This document shows, piece by piece, positions 48,237 through 56,813 of a stretch of 64,000 nucleotides of DNA. The position numbers and the translations under genes are program-made. The stretch covers positions 1 through 64,000 of the forward strand of contig JAWLHB010000021.1 in the NCBI GenBank assembly GCA_041690595.1, given 5' to 3'. Each line of letters opens with the position of its first letter. The stretch's first letter is position 1. The DNA comes from Lentisphaeria bacterium. Its GTDB lineage: Bacteria; Verrucomicrobiota; Lentisphaeria; JABSQK01; JAWLHB01. The notes beneath the pieces are model-generated. The model did not search any database. It was not told the origin of the DNA and saw only the letters and a program-made list of their open reading frames with translations.

Positions 48237-48956
48237 ATGCCTACACCGAAAAAGAAGAAAGTCGAGGACGGGGCGCCTGCCTACTTCGGGCTCTTCTGCA
48301 GTCTGATGACCGTGCTGTTGGCCTTCTTCATCCTGATGACCGCCATGGCCGACGAGCAGGAGAGTGGCTTTCACAAGGGGATCGGGGACATCCGCAACGC
48401 CTTTGGCATCCGCGGCGGTTTCGGGCTCTTCACCTATGCGCATCTGGTGCGGGGGAACATGAGCCATCGAACCCCCGAAGAATTCTCCGTGGACGATGGC
48501 CTCGACGCCCTGCACGAAGATATGGTCGCCGGCAAGGGCGGCGGGGGCAATACCGACGTCAATACAACGAGTACAAGCGACGCGCGCTATCTGCGGGTGA
48601 GAATTCCCCACCCCTATCCGACCAGTGAACACTTGGCGGCCAGCGAGCTGGGAAACTTCCTGCAGATCGCTGGCACGGCGCTTGCGTTACTCGAGTACGA
48701 GATCACCATCAAGGCGTACAACATGGACCAGGCAACCGAAGCGGAGAACTGCAAAGTGGCCTTCGAGCGGGCAGTAGCTGTCACCAGATACATCAACACG
48801 CGCTGTCGGGTGCCTCATGCGCGCCTGAAAGCAGTGGGCTACACGACGCTGCCCAGCCAGGGATTGCCCGAAGGGTGCAGCCCCGACGAACCGGCCTTGT
48901 GGATCGACATCTATCGGCCGCCGCAAACCGAAGTGCCTCCGCGGGACGCCCGCTGA
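48237..48956 (+). CDS. MotB-like protein, paralog 2 (Ser at the conserved Asp position)
   Basis: Basic N-terminus, PAYFGLFCSLMTVLLAFFILM TM, plug-like helix, OmpA-like ENCKVAFERAVAV...RLKAVGY. Confidence 0.8.
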   Translation: MPTPKKKKVEDGAPAYFGLFCSLMTVLLAFFILMTAMADEQESGFHKGIGDIRNAFGIRGGFGLFTYAHLVRGNMSHRTPEEFSVDDGLDALHEDMVAGKGGGGNTDVNTTSTSDARYLRVRIPHPYPTSEHLAASELGNFLQIAGTALALLEYEITIKAYNMDQATEAENCKVAFERAVAVTRYINTRCRVPHARLKAVGYTTLPSQGLPEGCSPDEPALWIDIYRPPQTEVPPRDAR

Positions 48957-48996
48957 TCGCACCACCTTTTTTCAGGATAACCAGGAGGATTCGAAG

Positions 48997-49524
48997 ATGG
49001 CGGAAGAAGGCACCAGGTCAGGAGACGATGTGGGTGCGGCCACCGGCAAGAAGCCGAGCAAAGGACGAAGCACCATCACCCTGCTCGTCGTGGTCTCGGC
49101 GGTAGTGATGATCCTTACCCCGCTGATCACCATCCTTGTGGTCCGTTCGCTGAGCCAGAAGAAGGCGCAGACGGTGCAGAAGCTCGATACCGTCGAACTG
49201 CCGCTCCCGAAGGTTCAGGTGAACGTGGCGGAGACGAATGGCACCCGCTATGCGCAGATCGATGTCGTCGTGGAGTTGAGCGGCAGTGATGTGCTCCCCT
49301 ACTTCGAGAACCAGACCGCGCAGAACACCCACGGCCAGCTGCGCCGGATGATGTCGAGCATCATCTCCATCATCTCCAGCAAGGAACTCGATGGACTGCT
49401 GACCAGCGAAGCGAAGGAGACGCTGGCGGCCGAGATCCGCGAGGCGCTCAACGAGCACCTGCGATCGGTCGAAGCGCGCGGTCTGGTCACTGATGTCTAT
49501 TTCTGCGGTTTTCTCATCCAGTAA
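48997..49524 (+). CDS. fliL: Flagellar basal body-associated protein
   Basis: Single N-terminal TM, VNVAETNGTRY, AKETLAAEIREALN, VTDVYFCGFLIQ. Confidence 0.92.
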   Translation: MAEEGTRSGDDVGAATGKKPSKGRSTITLLVVVSAVVMILTPLITILVVRSLSQKKAQTVQKLDTVELPLPKVQVNVAETNGTRYAQIDVVVELSGSDVLPYFENQTAQNTHGQLRRMMSSIISIISSKELDGLLTSEAKETLAAEIREALNEHLRSVEARGLVTDVYFCGFLIQ

Positions 49525-49542
49525 TCGAGCAGGCGGTACAAG

Positions 49543-50547
49543 ATGGCGGGTATCCTTTCACAAGATGAAGTCGATGCACTGTTGCAGGCAGTGGAAGACG
49601 GCGATGTCGAGCTGGGCGCCGGCCAGGCCATGGGAGGCACCGTCGGCGATTTCGAGGTTACGGAGTACAGCTTCCGTCGTCCCAACCTGTTGACGCGTGA
49701 CCAGCTGCGCCTCTTCAATACGCTTCACGACCACTTCACGGGCGAAGCCCAGTCACGCCTCTCACTGAGCCTGCGAACAACCAGCGAGATGCGTCTCGTC
49801 GCCTCGGACCAGTTGCAGTACGGCGAATTCATCCTTTCCCTTCCGGATGTGACCCATCTGCTGGTCCTCTCCCTGGATCCGGGGCCCGGCTACATCATTC
49901 TGGAGGTCGGCCTGCCCTTCATCTTCACGATTGTCGACGTGATCCTGGGGGGAACCGGGACCACGCCGATGGAGCATCGTGGCCTCACCGATATGGAGTC
50001 GGCAATCGCGGAACCGATTCTCGATGAGTTGGTGACTGAGCTGGAGCGCTGCCTTGCCCATATCACCGAATGCAAGCTGACCCGTCAGCGCGTCGAAAGC
50101 AGCCCGCAATATGTGCAGGCAGTGCCCGCGGACACCGCCTCGATGGTGATGACCTTCGAGGTGCGCGTCGGCGAAGGTGCCGGCGTCATCAACGTCTGCT
50201 ACCCCATACCCGTGGTCGAGCGACTCCTGGTCAACGTGCATGGACGCGGAGGCGAAGGCGATCTCTTTCGCGAGGAAGTCGACACCAAGCAGCAGGGCGA
50301 TCGGCCGCACATCGGCATCGATGATATTCCGGTTACCTTGACGGCGATCCTGGGAGGAGCGCGCATCACCGTAAGGGATCTGGTAAACCTGCGCCAGGGC
50401 GATGTTCTGGTCATCGACTCTCCGATCACCGCCCTGACACGTGTCGACGCGGAAGGAGTCCCACAGTTCTTCGGGCGCCCAGGCAATCGCCATGGCAAGC
50501 TCGTCGTCAAAGTCACCGGTTATTGTTCGAAAAAACAGCGGTTCTAG
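49543..50547 (+). CDS. fliM: Flagellar motor switch protein
   Basis: ILSQDEVDALL CheY-binding motif, YSFRRP, LTDME, C-terminal SpoA domain. Confidence 0.95.
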   Translation: MAGILSQDEVDALLQAVEDGDVELGAGQAMGGTVGDFEVTEYSFRRPNLLTRDQLRLFNTLHDHFTGEAQSRLSLSLRTTSEMRLVASDQLQYGEFILSLPDVTHLLVLSLDPGPGYIILEVGLPFIFTIVDVILGGTGTTPMEHRGLTDMESAIAEPILDELVTELERCLAHITECKLTRQRVESSPQYVQAVPADTASMVMTFEVRVGEGAGVINVCYPIPVVERLLVNVHGRGGEGDLFREEVDTKQQGDRPHIGIDDIPVTLTAILGGARITVRDLVNLRQGDVLVIDSPITALTRVDAEGVPQFFGRPGNRHGKLVVKVTGYCSKKQRF

Positions 50548-50565
50548 CCGCGGAGGAATAGAGAG

Positions 50566-51030
50566 ATGGCTGACGATCCCCTTGATGCATTTGGCGGCGC
50601 TGATTTCAAAGGAATCAGCGAGGACGAACTGGCTGCGGCAGGCTTCGGTACGGAACCATGCAGCGATGACAGCTTCAGCGACGACAGCGCCGACTTTGGC
50701 GACGATATCGCGGCTGCCGGCTTTGGCAATGTCTTCGACCCCGAGGTCGGTAAGAGCTCCGGCGGCAATACCAATCTGGAGATGGTCTTCGAGATTCCTG
50801 TCCGGTTGTGCGCCGAGCTTGGCGACACGACCATTTCGATCAAGGATCTGATGTCCTTCGGGCCAGGCTCCGTCATCGAGCTGCAGCGTCTGGCGGGTGA
50901 GCCCGCGAACTTGATGGTGAATGGGGTGCTGGTCGGTAAAGGGGATGTGGTGGTGGTAAACGAAAATTATGGTTTGCGCATCACGGAACTGATCAGTGCC
51001 GAAGAGCGGGTGCGGCAGCTGGCGCAGTGA
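50566..51030 (+). CDS. fliN: Flagellar motor switch protein
   Basis: EIPVRLCAELG, GSVIELQRLAGEP, GDVVVVNENYGLRITE. Confidence 0.95.
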   Translation: MADDPLDAFGGADFKGISEDELAAAGFGTEPCSDDSFSDDSADFGDDIAAAGFGNVFDPEVGKSSGGNTNLEMVFEIPVRLCAELGDTTISIKDLMSFGPGSVIELQRLAGEPANLMVNGVLVGKGDVVVVNENYGLRITELISAEERVRQLAQ

Positions 51031-51043
51031 TGTGGAGGTCACG

Positions 51044-51634
51044 GTGAAAGAGTGGGTGAATCTTCACGCATGGCTCAACTGCGTGATAGCGCTGGCAGCC
51101 ATAACGGGCGCATGCCTGATCTGCTATCAGTTTCGCAGCCTGCCGGCCATCTATCTTGCCGGCGTCTGGATGGTGGCATGCTTCTTCGGTGTCCTGAACG
51201 CATTCTGCAACCATGGCACGAGCCGCCCGGTGCTCTCTCTCAGTTGGTCCCTCCTGCTTGTATACAGCCTGCCCCTGCTCCTGCTGCAGGCTGAGTATTC
51301 GGTGATGGATGCCATACTCGCCGGCGCCGCCGTGGCGGCACTTGTCTCCCTTTTCGGCCCGAGTCTTTGCGGCATCACCATGCTGGCGGGCACCGTGCAG
51401 AGCATCGCCTTTTACTGGTATATTCTGGGTGAGCAGCTCTCGCTCGATGATCTCGACTGGCAACTTGCCATGTCCAACGCCTTGTTGCTCGTTATTGCTG
51501 CCCTTGTCTGTCGCGCCCTCTTCTGCTGGCTGATCAGAAGCCGCGGGGGCCAACCCCGGGGGCACGAGCCGGCAGCCGTAACCGCCATCGACTCATCGGA
51601 CGAAGGTAGTGTGCCCCCGGAGGTGACCGCATGA
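51044..51634 (+). CDS. Hypothetical polytopic membrane protein (about 6 TM)
   Basis: SD ggagg before GTG 51044; several hydrophobic segments; ATGA overlap with the next gene. Confidence 0.65.
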   Translation: MKEWVNLHAWLNCVIALAAITGACLICYQFRSLPAIYLAGVWMVACFFGVLNAFCNHGTSRPVLSLSWSLLLVYSLPLLLLQAEYSVMDAILAGAAVAALVSLFGPSLCGITMLAGTVQSIAFYWYILGEQLSLDDLDWQLAMSNALLLVIAALVCRALFCWLIRSRGGQPRGHEPAAVTAIDSSDEGSVPPEVTA

Positions 51635-52335
51635 TCCATCAGCCTGTTGCTGCCCCTGCCTTCCTCGAACTTCCTCGGCTGAGCCAGGTGATCCGTCACC
51701 GATTGCGCAATTTCAGTGGCGGCGCCGGCATGGCGCTGCATTATCTCGAGAGTTGCTGCTCGAAGGAGGACGCGCTTGCCGGGGATTTTCTGGCTGCGAT
51801 GCAGGGTTCGGTCGAAGAGCTTTGCCGCTTCAGCGAACGCCTCGACCTGCTGGTCGACGTGCTGCCCGCCCCTCAGCCGGAGTATCTGGGCACTTGCCTC
51901 GATCAGCTACGCCTGCGCCAGGAGCGGCAGTGGCCCTACGCACATCTTGCGATTCACGGCGACATGCCGGAGCTGACGGTGCGCTGTGGCTCCTGGCTGG
52001 TGATCGTCCTTCAGGAGCTTGTCTCCAACGCCTTCGAGGCACAGCCGCGGGATGGCTCCCTGCAGATCGAGATCACGGCCATCGAGCCGCTCTGCATCAG
52101 CCTGATGAATCCTCCCGGAGATGCCGTTGGTCTGCCGCCTCTGCAGGCAGGCCCTTTCACCCATGCGCGGGGTGGGCATGACGGCATGGGACTCGCCCTT
52201 GCCAAGCGCCTGTGCCACGCCGTCGCCGGTGACCTCGCCACCGACTGGACGGACACACGCCACATCTGCGTCACCCTGCGCTGGCCGGAGCTGCCTAAAG
52301 GTGAAAGATCTTGCCCAGATCCACGACTTTGCTGA
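51631..52335 (+). CDS. Sensorless histidine kinase-like protein (degenerate HisKA plus HATPase_c)
   Basis: IRHRLRN H-box-like, QELVSNAFEA N-box, GPFTHARGGHDGMGLALAKRL F/G2 box; no DxG G1 box. Confidence 0.7.
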   Translation: MIHQPVAAPAFLELPRLSQVIRHRLRNFSGGAGMALHYLESCCSKEDALAGDFLAAMQGSVEELCRFSERLDLLVDVLPAPQPEYLGTCLDQLRLRQERQWPYAHLAIHGDMPELTVRCGSWLVIVLQELVSNAFEAQPRDGSLQIEITAIEPLCISLMNPPGDAVGLPPLQAGPFTHARGGHDGMGLALAKRLCHAVAGDLATDWTDTRHICVTLRWPELPKGERSCPDPRLC

Positions 52336-53002
52336 GCCGGTAGTGCACATACAGGAGAAAAAGGGCCGGGGGCACCAGCGAGCCAAGGACCGGCAGTGAC
52401 CAGGTGGGTAAAGGCGCACCATGCAACTGTAAGCTGACGATCAGGTTCAGCACAAAGCAGAAGATCCCGATCCCCAGCAGGATCAGCGCCGTGATATTTG
52501 CCCAACTGGTGCGCACAAAGCAGGCAATCCAGATCACCCCCGCGATCACCAGCGACAAGGTCATCATGATGGGCAGGGCAAGGGGAAAGAACCAGTTGAA
52601 GCCGCCGGCCACAACATCGACACCAGCCAGCAGCAGCGTCGTTGTCAGCATACCGCCCCCGAGCAGCCAGGCGGGACGGTTGGTCATGAAGAGAATCAAC
52701 CACGCATACCACCAGCCTGCTGCCAGCGCCGGCGCGCAGTAGGCCGCCCAGGTGAGTCTGTCATTCATGAGGTAATCGATGGCCAGCACCCCGAACAGCG
52801 TCCCGAACATCAACACGGTCAGGACCTCGATCATCAGGACGCGAATTCGCCGGCCGGGGATGCGCAGTTGCGGCGGCGGGTCGGGCTCCATCGGGTAGGG
52901 CGATTTGAGCACGGGTTCAGTCGTCTGCAGGTGGCCACGGCACAGAGGACAGCGCTCCAGTCGCGCCTCCACTTCCACTCCACAGCTGCTGCAGTATACC
53001 AT
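52295..53002 (-). CDS. Zinc-ribbon membrane protein (DUF6320-like)
   Basis: YCSSCGVE...CPLC N-terminus followed by about 6-7 TMs. Confidence 0.75.
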   Translation of the reverse strand: MVYCSSCGVEVEARLERCPLCRGHLQTTEPVLKSPYPMEPDPPPQLRIPGRRIRVLMIEVLTVLMFGTLFGVLAIDYLMNDRLTWAAYCAPALAAGWWYAWLILFMTNRPAWLLGGGMLTTTLLLAGVDVVAGGFNWFFPLALPIMMTLSLVIAGVIWIACFVRTSWANITALILLGIGIFCFVLNLIVSLQLHGAPLPTWSLPVLGSLVPPALFLLYVHYRLSKVVDLGKIFHL

Positions 53003-53014
53003 TGATATCAGCCT

Positions 53015-54313
53015 TTATCGGAATTGATTGCTTTCGATGCGGACCGCCATGCCCTGAGCCGCGAGCAGGCGGAAGAAGTGAGCTTCCAGCAGGGGATCCT
53101 GCATGGTGCGGCCAAAGGTAATATAAAGATTGTCGCCAAAACTGACGACCCCGCACGATACCCGCCGTGCCGTCGGCGGCGGAGGGATGAACTCGAAGCG
53201 CTCCACATGCTCTTCCAATGGCGACGGCAGCGTCACCCGGCCAAGATTCGACAGGCCGCTGCTGGTCCGCCCCTGGGCCATCACGTCATAGACGACCGAC
53301 AGAGCCCAGTCCTTGATCACAAGTGGCACAACCCGGATCAGCGGGTTGATCTCCGCCCGCACGTTGCGCCCCATCTGCTGCTTGAGGTACTTGTCGTCGA
53401 TCTCACTGCGCATGTAGTGATGCACGCGGCGCAGGATCTCCGCAAAGGAGTAATCTCCCAGTCGGGGATCGATCGAGGGGAGGACGGGAAGAAAGAAGTT
53501 ACGCATGGTGCGGGAGGGGAAGTGCTGGCGCAGGTTCACGGGAACGTCGATGCGTATCGGGCGTTGCAGACGGCTCCTGACCCGGGGCGGCAGTGCCTGG
53601 ATCACCTCCTGAAACGCGTGCAGATAGTCCGCGATGAGCAACTCCCCCATCGACACGCCTTCAGCCCGGGACAGATCGCGCATCTTCTGGACGGATACAA
53701 TACCGGTGGTGACGTGATAGACCCCCTTGGGCTCCAGAGGATGCGGCAGGTGAAACGCGGGCGTCTCTCGGCGGGGAGGCGGAATACCGGGCTGCCAGTA
53801 ACGGCGAAAGGCATCCTCGAATTCCTCTGGATGCAGCTCATCGCCCGGCCGCATGAGGTCATTCGGTTCCTGGGGCACGACCCCGAGTCGCCGCAGGTAC
53901 TCCGCCACCAACGCCCGCAGGAAGGCCAGCGCTCCCGTGCCGTCCGTCACCGCATGCGCAAATTCCACCGCGATGCGTCGATGGTAGACCCGCACGCGGA
54001 ACGGATAGGTTCCCCGCTTCTTCAGTTCGTAGTCCATGCAGGGAAAACGCCGATCCTCCACCACCTGTGGTGACGCTCGATTCATAGCCAGGTGGTACCA
54101 GAAGAAACCGGGACGCAGATGCACCGCAAAGTAGGGAAAACGGGGCATCAGCGCTTCCAGCGCCGCCTGCAGTTCAGCCACCCGCACCGGCCTTTTCAGC
54201 GTGCAGGAGAGCCGGAACAAGGTCGTGATGCGCCGGGTGCTGATCGACGAGAAGATCTTGCCCGCGTTGTCGAGACGGAACCACGGATCATGTTGCGCAA
54301 CAAGTTCTGGCAT
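53015..54313 (-). CDS. Alcohol acetyltransferase / condensation-domain-like acyltransferase
   Basis: WFRLDNAGKIF, GFFWY, HAVTDG (HxxxDG), PVNLRQHFPSRTMRNF, SNLG. Confidence 0.85.
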   Translation of the reverse strand: MPELVAQHDPWFRLDNAGKIFSSISTRRITTLFRLSCTLKRPVRVAELQAALEALMPRFPYFAVHLRPGFFWYHLAMNRASPQVVEDRRFPCMDYELKKRGTYPFRVRVYHRRIAVEFAHAVTDGTGALAFLRALVAEYLRRLGVVPQEPNDLMRPGDELHPEEFEDAFRRYWQPGIPPPRRETPAFHLPHPLEPKGVYHVTTGIVSVQKMRDLSRAEGVSMGELLIADYLHAFQEVIQALPPRVRSRLQRPIRIDVPVNLRQHFPSRTMRNFFLPVLPSIDPRLGDYSFAEILRRVHHYMRSEIDDKYLKQQMGRNVRAEINPLIRVVPLVIKDWALSVVYDVMAQGRTSSGLSNLGRVTLPSPLEEHVERFEFIPPPPTARRVSCGVVSFGDNLYITFGRTMQDPLLEAHFFRLLAAQGMAVRIESNQFR

Positions 54314-54415
54314 GCACGGCTAAGGCTGGATGTGATCCGTACGGAAGGGTGATACACATTAGTATAGGGTACTCCTTGCGGGTATCAAGTAGCCCAGCCT
54401 GAGGCCGCCTCGCCC

Positions 54416-55054
54416 TCAAGAGCTGGCGCCCATCGCCATCTGGCCGGCGCGGCGACTGGTTCGCGCGCTCTGCCGATACTTCAGCGACTTCACTGAACGG
54501 TAGCCCTTGCCCGTATTCAGGTAACGGTAAAGCCGCAGATACGTGTTGCCTTCCACCAGCATCATCAGCGGCTGTGGCACCTGATCAATGCACGCCATCG
54601 CCGCCTTCACCTGCGAATCCCAAAGTGGATGCAGCTTGTCCAGATCTCCGCCGGAGATCCGCTGACGACATTTGTCGGAACCGCATTCGCACGCCATGCT
54701 GTACTCCATGTTGAACATGCCATAGTCGTCGGTGACCTGTTCACCTGCCTGGATATCGCGGATGGCGATCTCGAAGCCATAGCCGGTGCTCAGGGTGTTC
54801 GGCTCGCACGAATGATTCTCGAATCGGGCCAGGTCCCAGCTCATGATCAGCTGCCCCTGCGGATCGCGATACGAATAGCGCTCGATTATCGGCCCATAGA
54901 TTGGATGCTTCACCCGCTCGTCATCCGCCGCGAAGACCAGCTCCAGCTCGTCCTTGACGTAGACGAGCGTGCCGCGCGGAATAAAGGAGGTCGCAAACAA
55001 GCCGTTGCCGACGGTATCGCTGATATGACGCAGCTCCGTGTGGGGATGAATCAT
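54416..55054 (-). CDS. SET domain protein with a post-SET Cys cluster
   Basis: GNGLFAT..IPRG, ARFENHSCEPN, AIRDIQAGEQVTDDYG, CECGSDKCR. Confidence 0.92.
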   Translation of the reverse strand: MIHPHTELRHISDTVGNGLFATSFIPRGTLVYVKDELELVFAADDERVKHPIYGPIIERYSYRDPQGQLIMSWDLARFENHSCEPNTLSTGYGFEIAIRDIQAGEQVTDDYGMFNMEYSMACECGSDKCRQRISGGDLDKLHPLWDSQVKAAMACIDQVPQPLMMLVEGNTYLRLYRYLNTGKGYRSVKSLKYRQSARTSRRAGQMAMGASS

Positions 55055-55127
55055 CGGGCATATCCTCAGGATGGTTGGGAACAGTGAGGTGGCGTTTGTC
55101 GGCCCCCGCATTCCCCTCCATCAGCCA

Positions 55128-55295
55128 CACAGGATCTGGTGATCCGTCCTGTGCTCATCCGGGGTGGCATGACTGCGCGAGCAATGGATCGCTCCATTTG
55201 CCGACACACACAATGCAGTTTACAGGCGTTGCCGCGGCAACCTTGCCGCGTATCCCGCCAGGGGTTGACCAGGCCCGGATGAGAACGGTCGGAAA
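55128..55295 (-). ncRNA. Candidate structured cis-regulatory RNA upstream of the SET gene
   Basis: 10-bp closing stem 55274-55283/55154-55163, GCGA-tetraloop hairpin, further internal stems and a competing hairpin at 55128-55153; no known family recognised. Confidence 0.45.
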
Positions 55296-55428
55296 ACCTG
55301 ATGGTTTACGAATTGCCATACTATAGCGCCAGCGTTAACGCCGTCGCGTTCTTTTTTCGGTCACAGGCAATAATTTCTTTGGCCGGTTTTCCGTCGATGG
55401 CCAAGTCACTGCTCCACCAGCCAGCAGA

Positions 55429-55743
55429 TCAGCTCATGTAGGAACAGCAATAATCGGTTACCGCGCGCACCCGGAGCTCGAACTTCGAATGCCCGGGCAC
55501 CTCGAAGCACTGCCCGCCGGCAACGGTTTGCCATTCCGCCACACCGGGCAGAAGAACATCCAGATCGCCCCCCAGGATCTCCATGATTTCCGCCGTATCC
55601 GTCCCAAACGAATACTCGCCTGGCAGCATGATGCCCAGCGTCTTCCGCGAGCCATCCGCAAAAAGTATCGAGCGGCTCGTCACCTTGCCATCAAAGTAGA
55701 CATTGGCCTTCTTCACTACCGTCACGCCCTTGAACTCATCCAT
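55429..55743 (-). CDS. ppnP: Pyrimidine/purine nucleoside phosphorylase (YaiE/DUF1255)
   Basis: [49 protein letters not shown]. Confidence 0.95.
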   Translation of the reverse strand: MDEFKGVTVVKKANVYFDGKVTSRSILFADGSRKTLGIMLPGEYSFGTDTAEIMEILGGDLDVLLPGVAEWQTVAGGQCFEVPGHSKFELRVRAVTDYCCSYMS

Positions 55744-55954
55744 GGCTTCTTCCTTCGTGATTGTGTCGATCGTTTCGTTGCAAGAAGCTAATGATCGATC
55801 CTCCCTGATTCAAACTCCCCACAATGATTTTCAGCTCCCGACAGCGGCCAACGACAGTAACGCGCTTGTCGCCGGCATTCTTCGGCGATAAGCTACCCCT
55901 CTTGGTTTTGGTCCCGCTGCCTTGGTAACCACATTTCACGAGAGGAGAGGCCGC

Positions 55955-56506
55955 ATGTCCCGCATTCTGTTGCTTGGTGATTCGATCCGTTTGAGCTATC
56001 GGGAGCGTGTGAAGGCGTTGCTTGACGGAGAGGCTGAGATCCACGGACCCGATGACAACTGCCGCTTCTGCACCTACACCCTCTTCAGCCTCGAGCCCTG
56101 GCTCGGTGAAGGCCAGTACGATGTCATCCAGTGGAACAATGGCCAGTGGGATACCTGCTACATGCCCGATGGCAGGATCTTCATTCCGCTCGACAGTTAT
56201 CTCGAACAGGAGCAGCGCATCGCGACCATTCTGCAGGCGCGAACAAAACGGCTGATCTTCGCCACCACCACGCCCGTTGGCGGCGATATGTTCGCCGCCA
56301 ATCGCCCCCGTCCACGAACCAATGCCGACATAGCCGACTACAATGCCGCCGTCAGCAAGATGCTTGAAGGCATGGGCGTCGAGACTATCGACCTGCACAC
56401 GCCGGTGCTCGCCGACCTGCGTAACTGCATTGGCGACGACATGGTGCACCTCACGCCCGCCGGCGTCGAACTCTGCGCCGGTCTGGTGGCCGATAATCTC
56501 CGGTAG
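55955..56506 (+). CDS. SGNH/GDSL hydrolase
   Basis: LLGDSI, WNNGQWD, ATTTP, DMVHL; SD gaggag. Confidence 0.9.
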   Translation: MSRILLLGDSIRLSYRERVKALLDGEAEIHGPDDNCRFCTYTLFSLEPWLGEGQYDVIQWNNGQWDTCYMPDGRIFIPLDSYLEQEQRIATILQARTKRLIFATTTPVGGDMFAANRPRPRTNADIADYNAAVSKMLEGMGVETIDLHTPVLADLRNCIGDDMVHLTPAGVELCAGLVADNLR

Positions 56507-56579
56507 ATGAGACGCAACAGCGCTGGATCCAATGAAGATTCCAGCGCTGTTGACTGAGGGAGCTGAGCTGTTATACGCC

Positions 56580-56813
56580 TTAATCGGGGGTCGGAGCGTC
56601 TTCCATCTCGGTCTCGGTCTCGGGCACGGTGGCCGCATCAGGAGCAGGGGCCGTCTCGGTGGTTCCGGGAGCAGGAGCGGTCAGTTCCCGTTCTTCTGCC
56701 TGGATGCTGTCGGTCTCGGGCATGTCACCTTCGTCTGTCTGTTCCACGTTGCAACTGGTGACGCCTAAGGCGAGCGCGAGCGTGCTCATGAGTACGAGTA
56801 ATCGCTTCAACAT
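56580..56813 (-). CDS. Small acidic, Pro/Thr-rich lipoprotein
   Basis: SD aggag; MLKRLLVLMSTLALALGVTSC lipobox; low-complexity acidic mature part. Confidence 0.75.
   Translation of the reverse strand: MLKRLLVLMSTLALALGVTSCNVEQTDEGDMPETDSIQAEERELTAPAPGTTETAPAPDAATVPETETEMEDAPTPD

Noticed and set aside
48237..48956. Second motB as a pseudogene
   Set aside because: Full-length open frame with TM, plug-like and OmpA-like regions and tight operon spacing; no lesion seen
55154..55283. SAM-I riboswitch assignment (CTCATC...GATGAG, GGCAAC)
   Set aside because: No GAGGGA kink-turn, GGCCC pseudoknot or AGGTGC element; kept only as an unclassified RNA candidate
55155..55319. 54-aa minus-strand ORF inside the SET leader
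   Set aside because: Its ATG abuts the putative -10, it has no SD and no recognisable features
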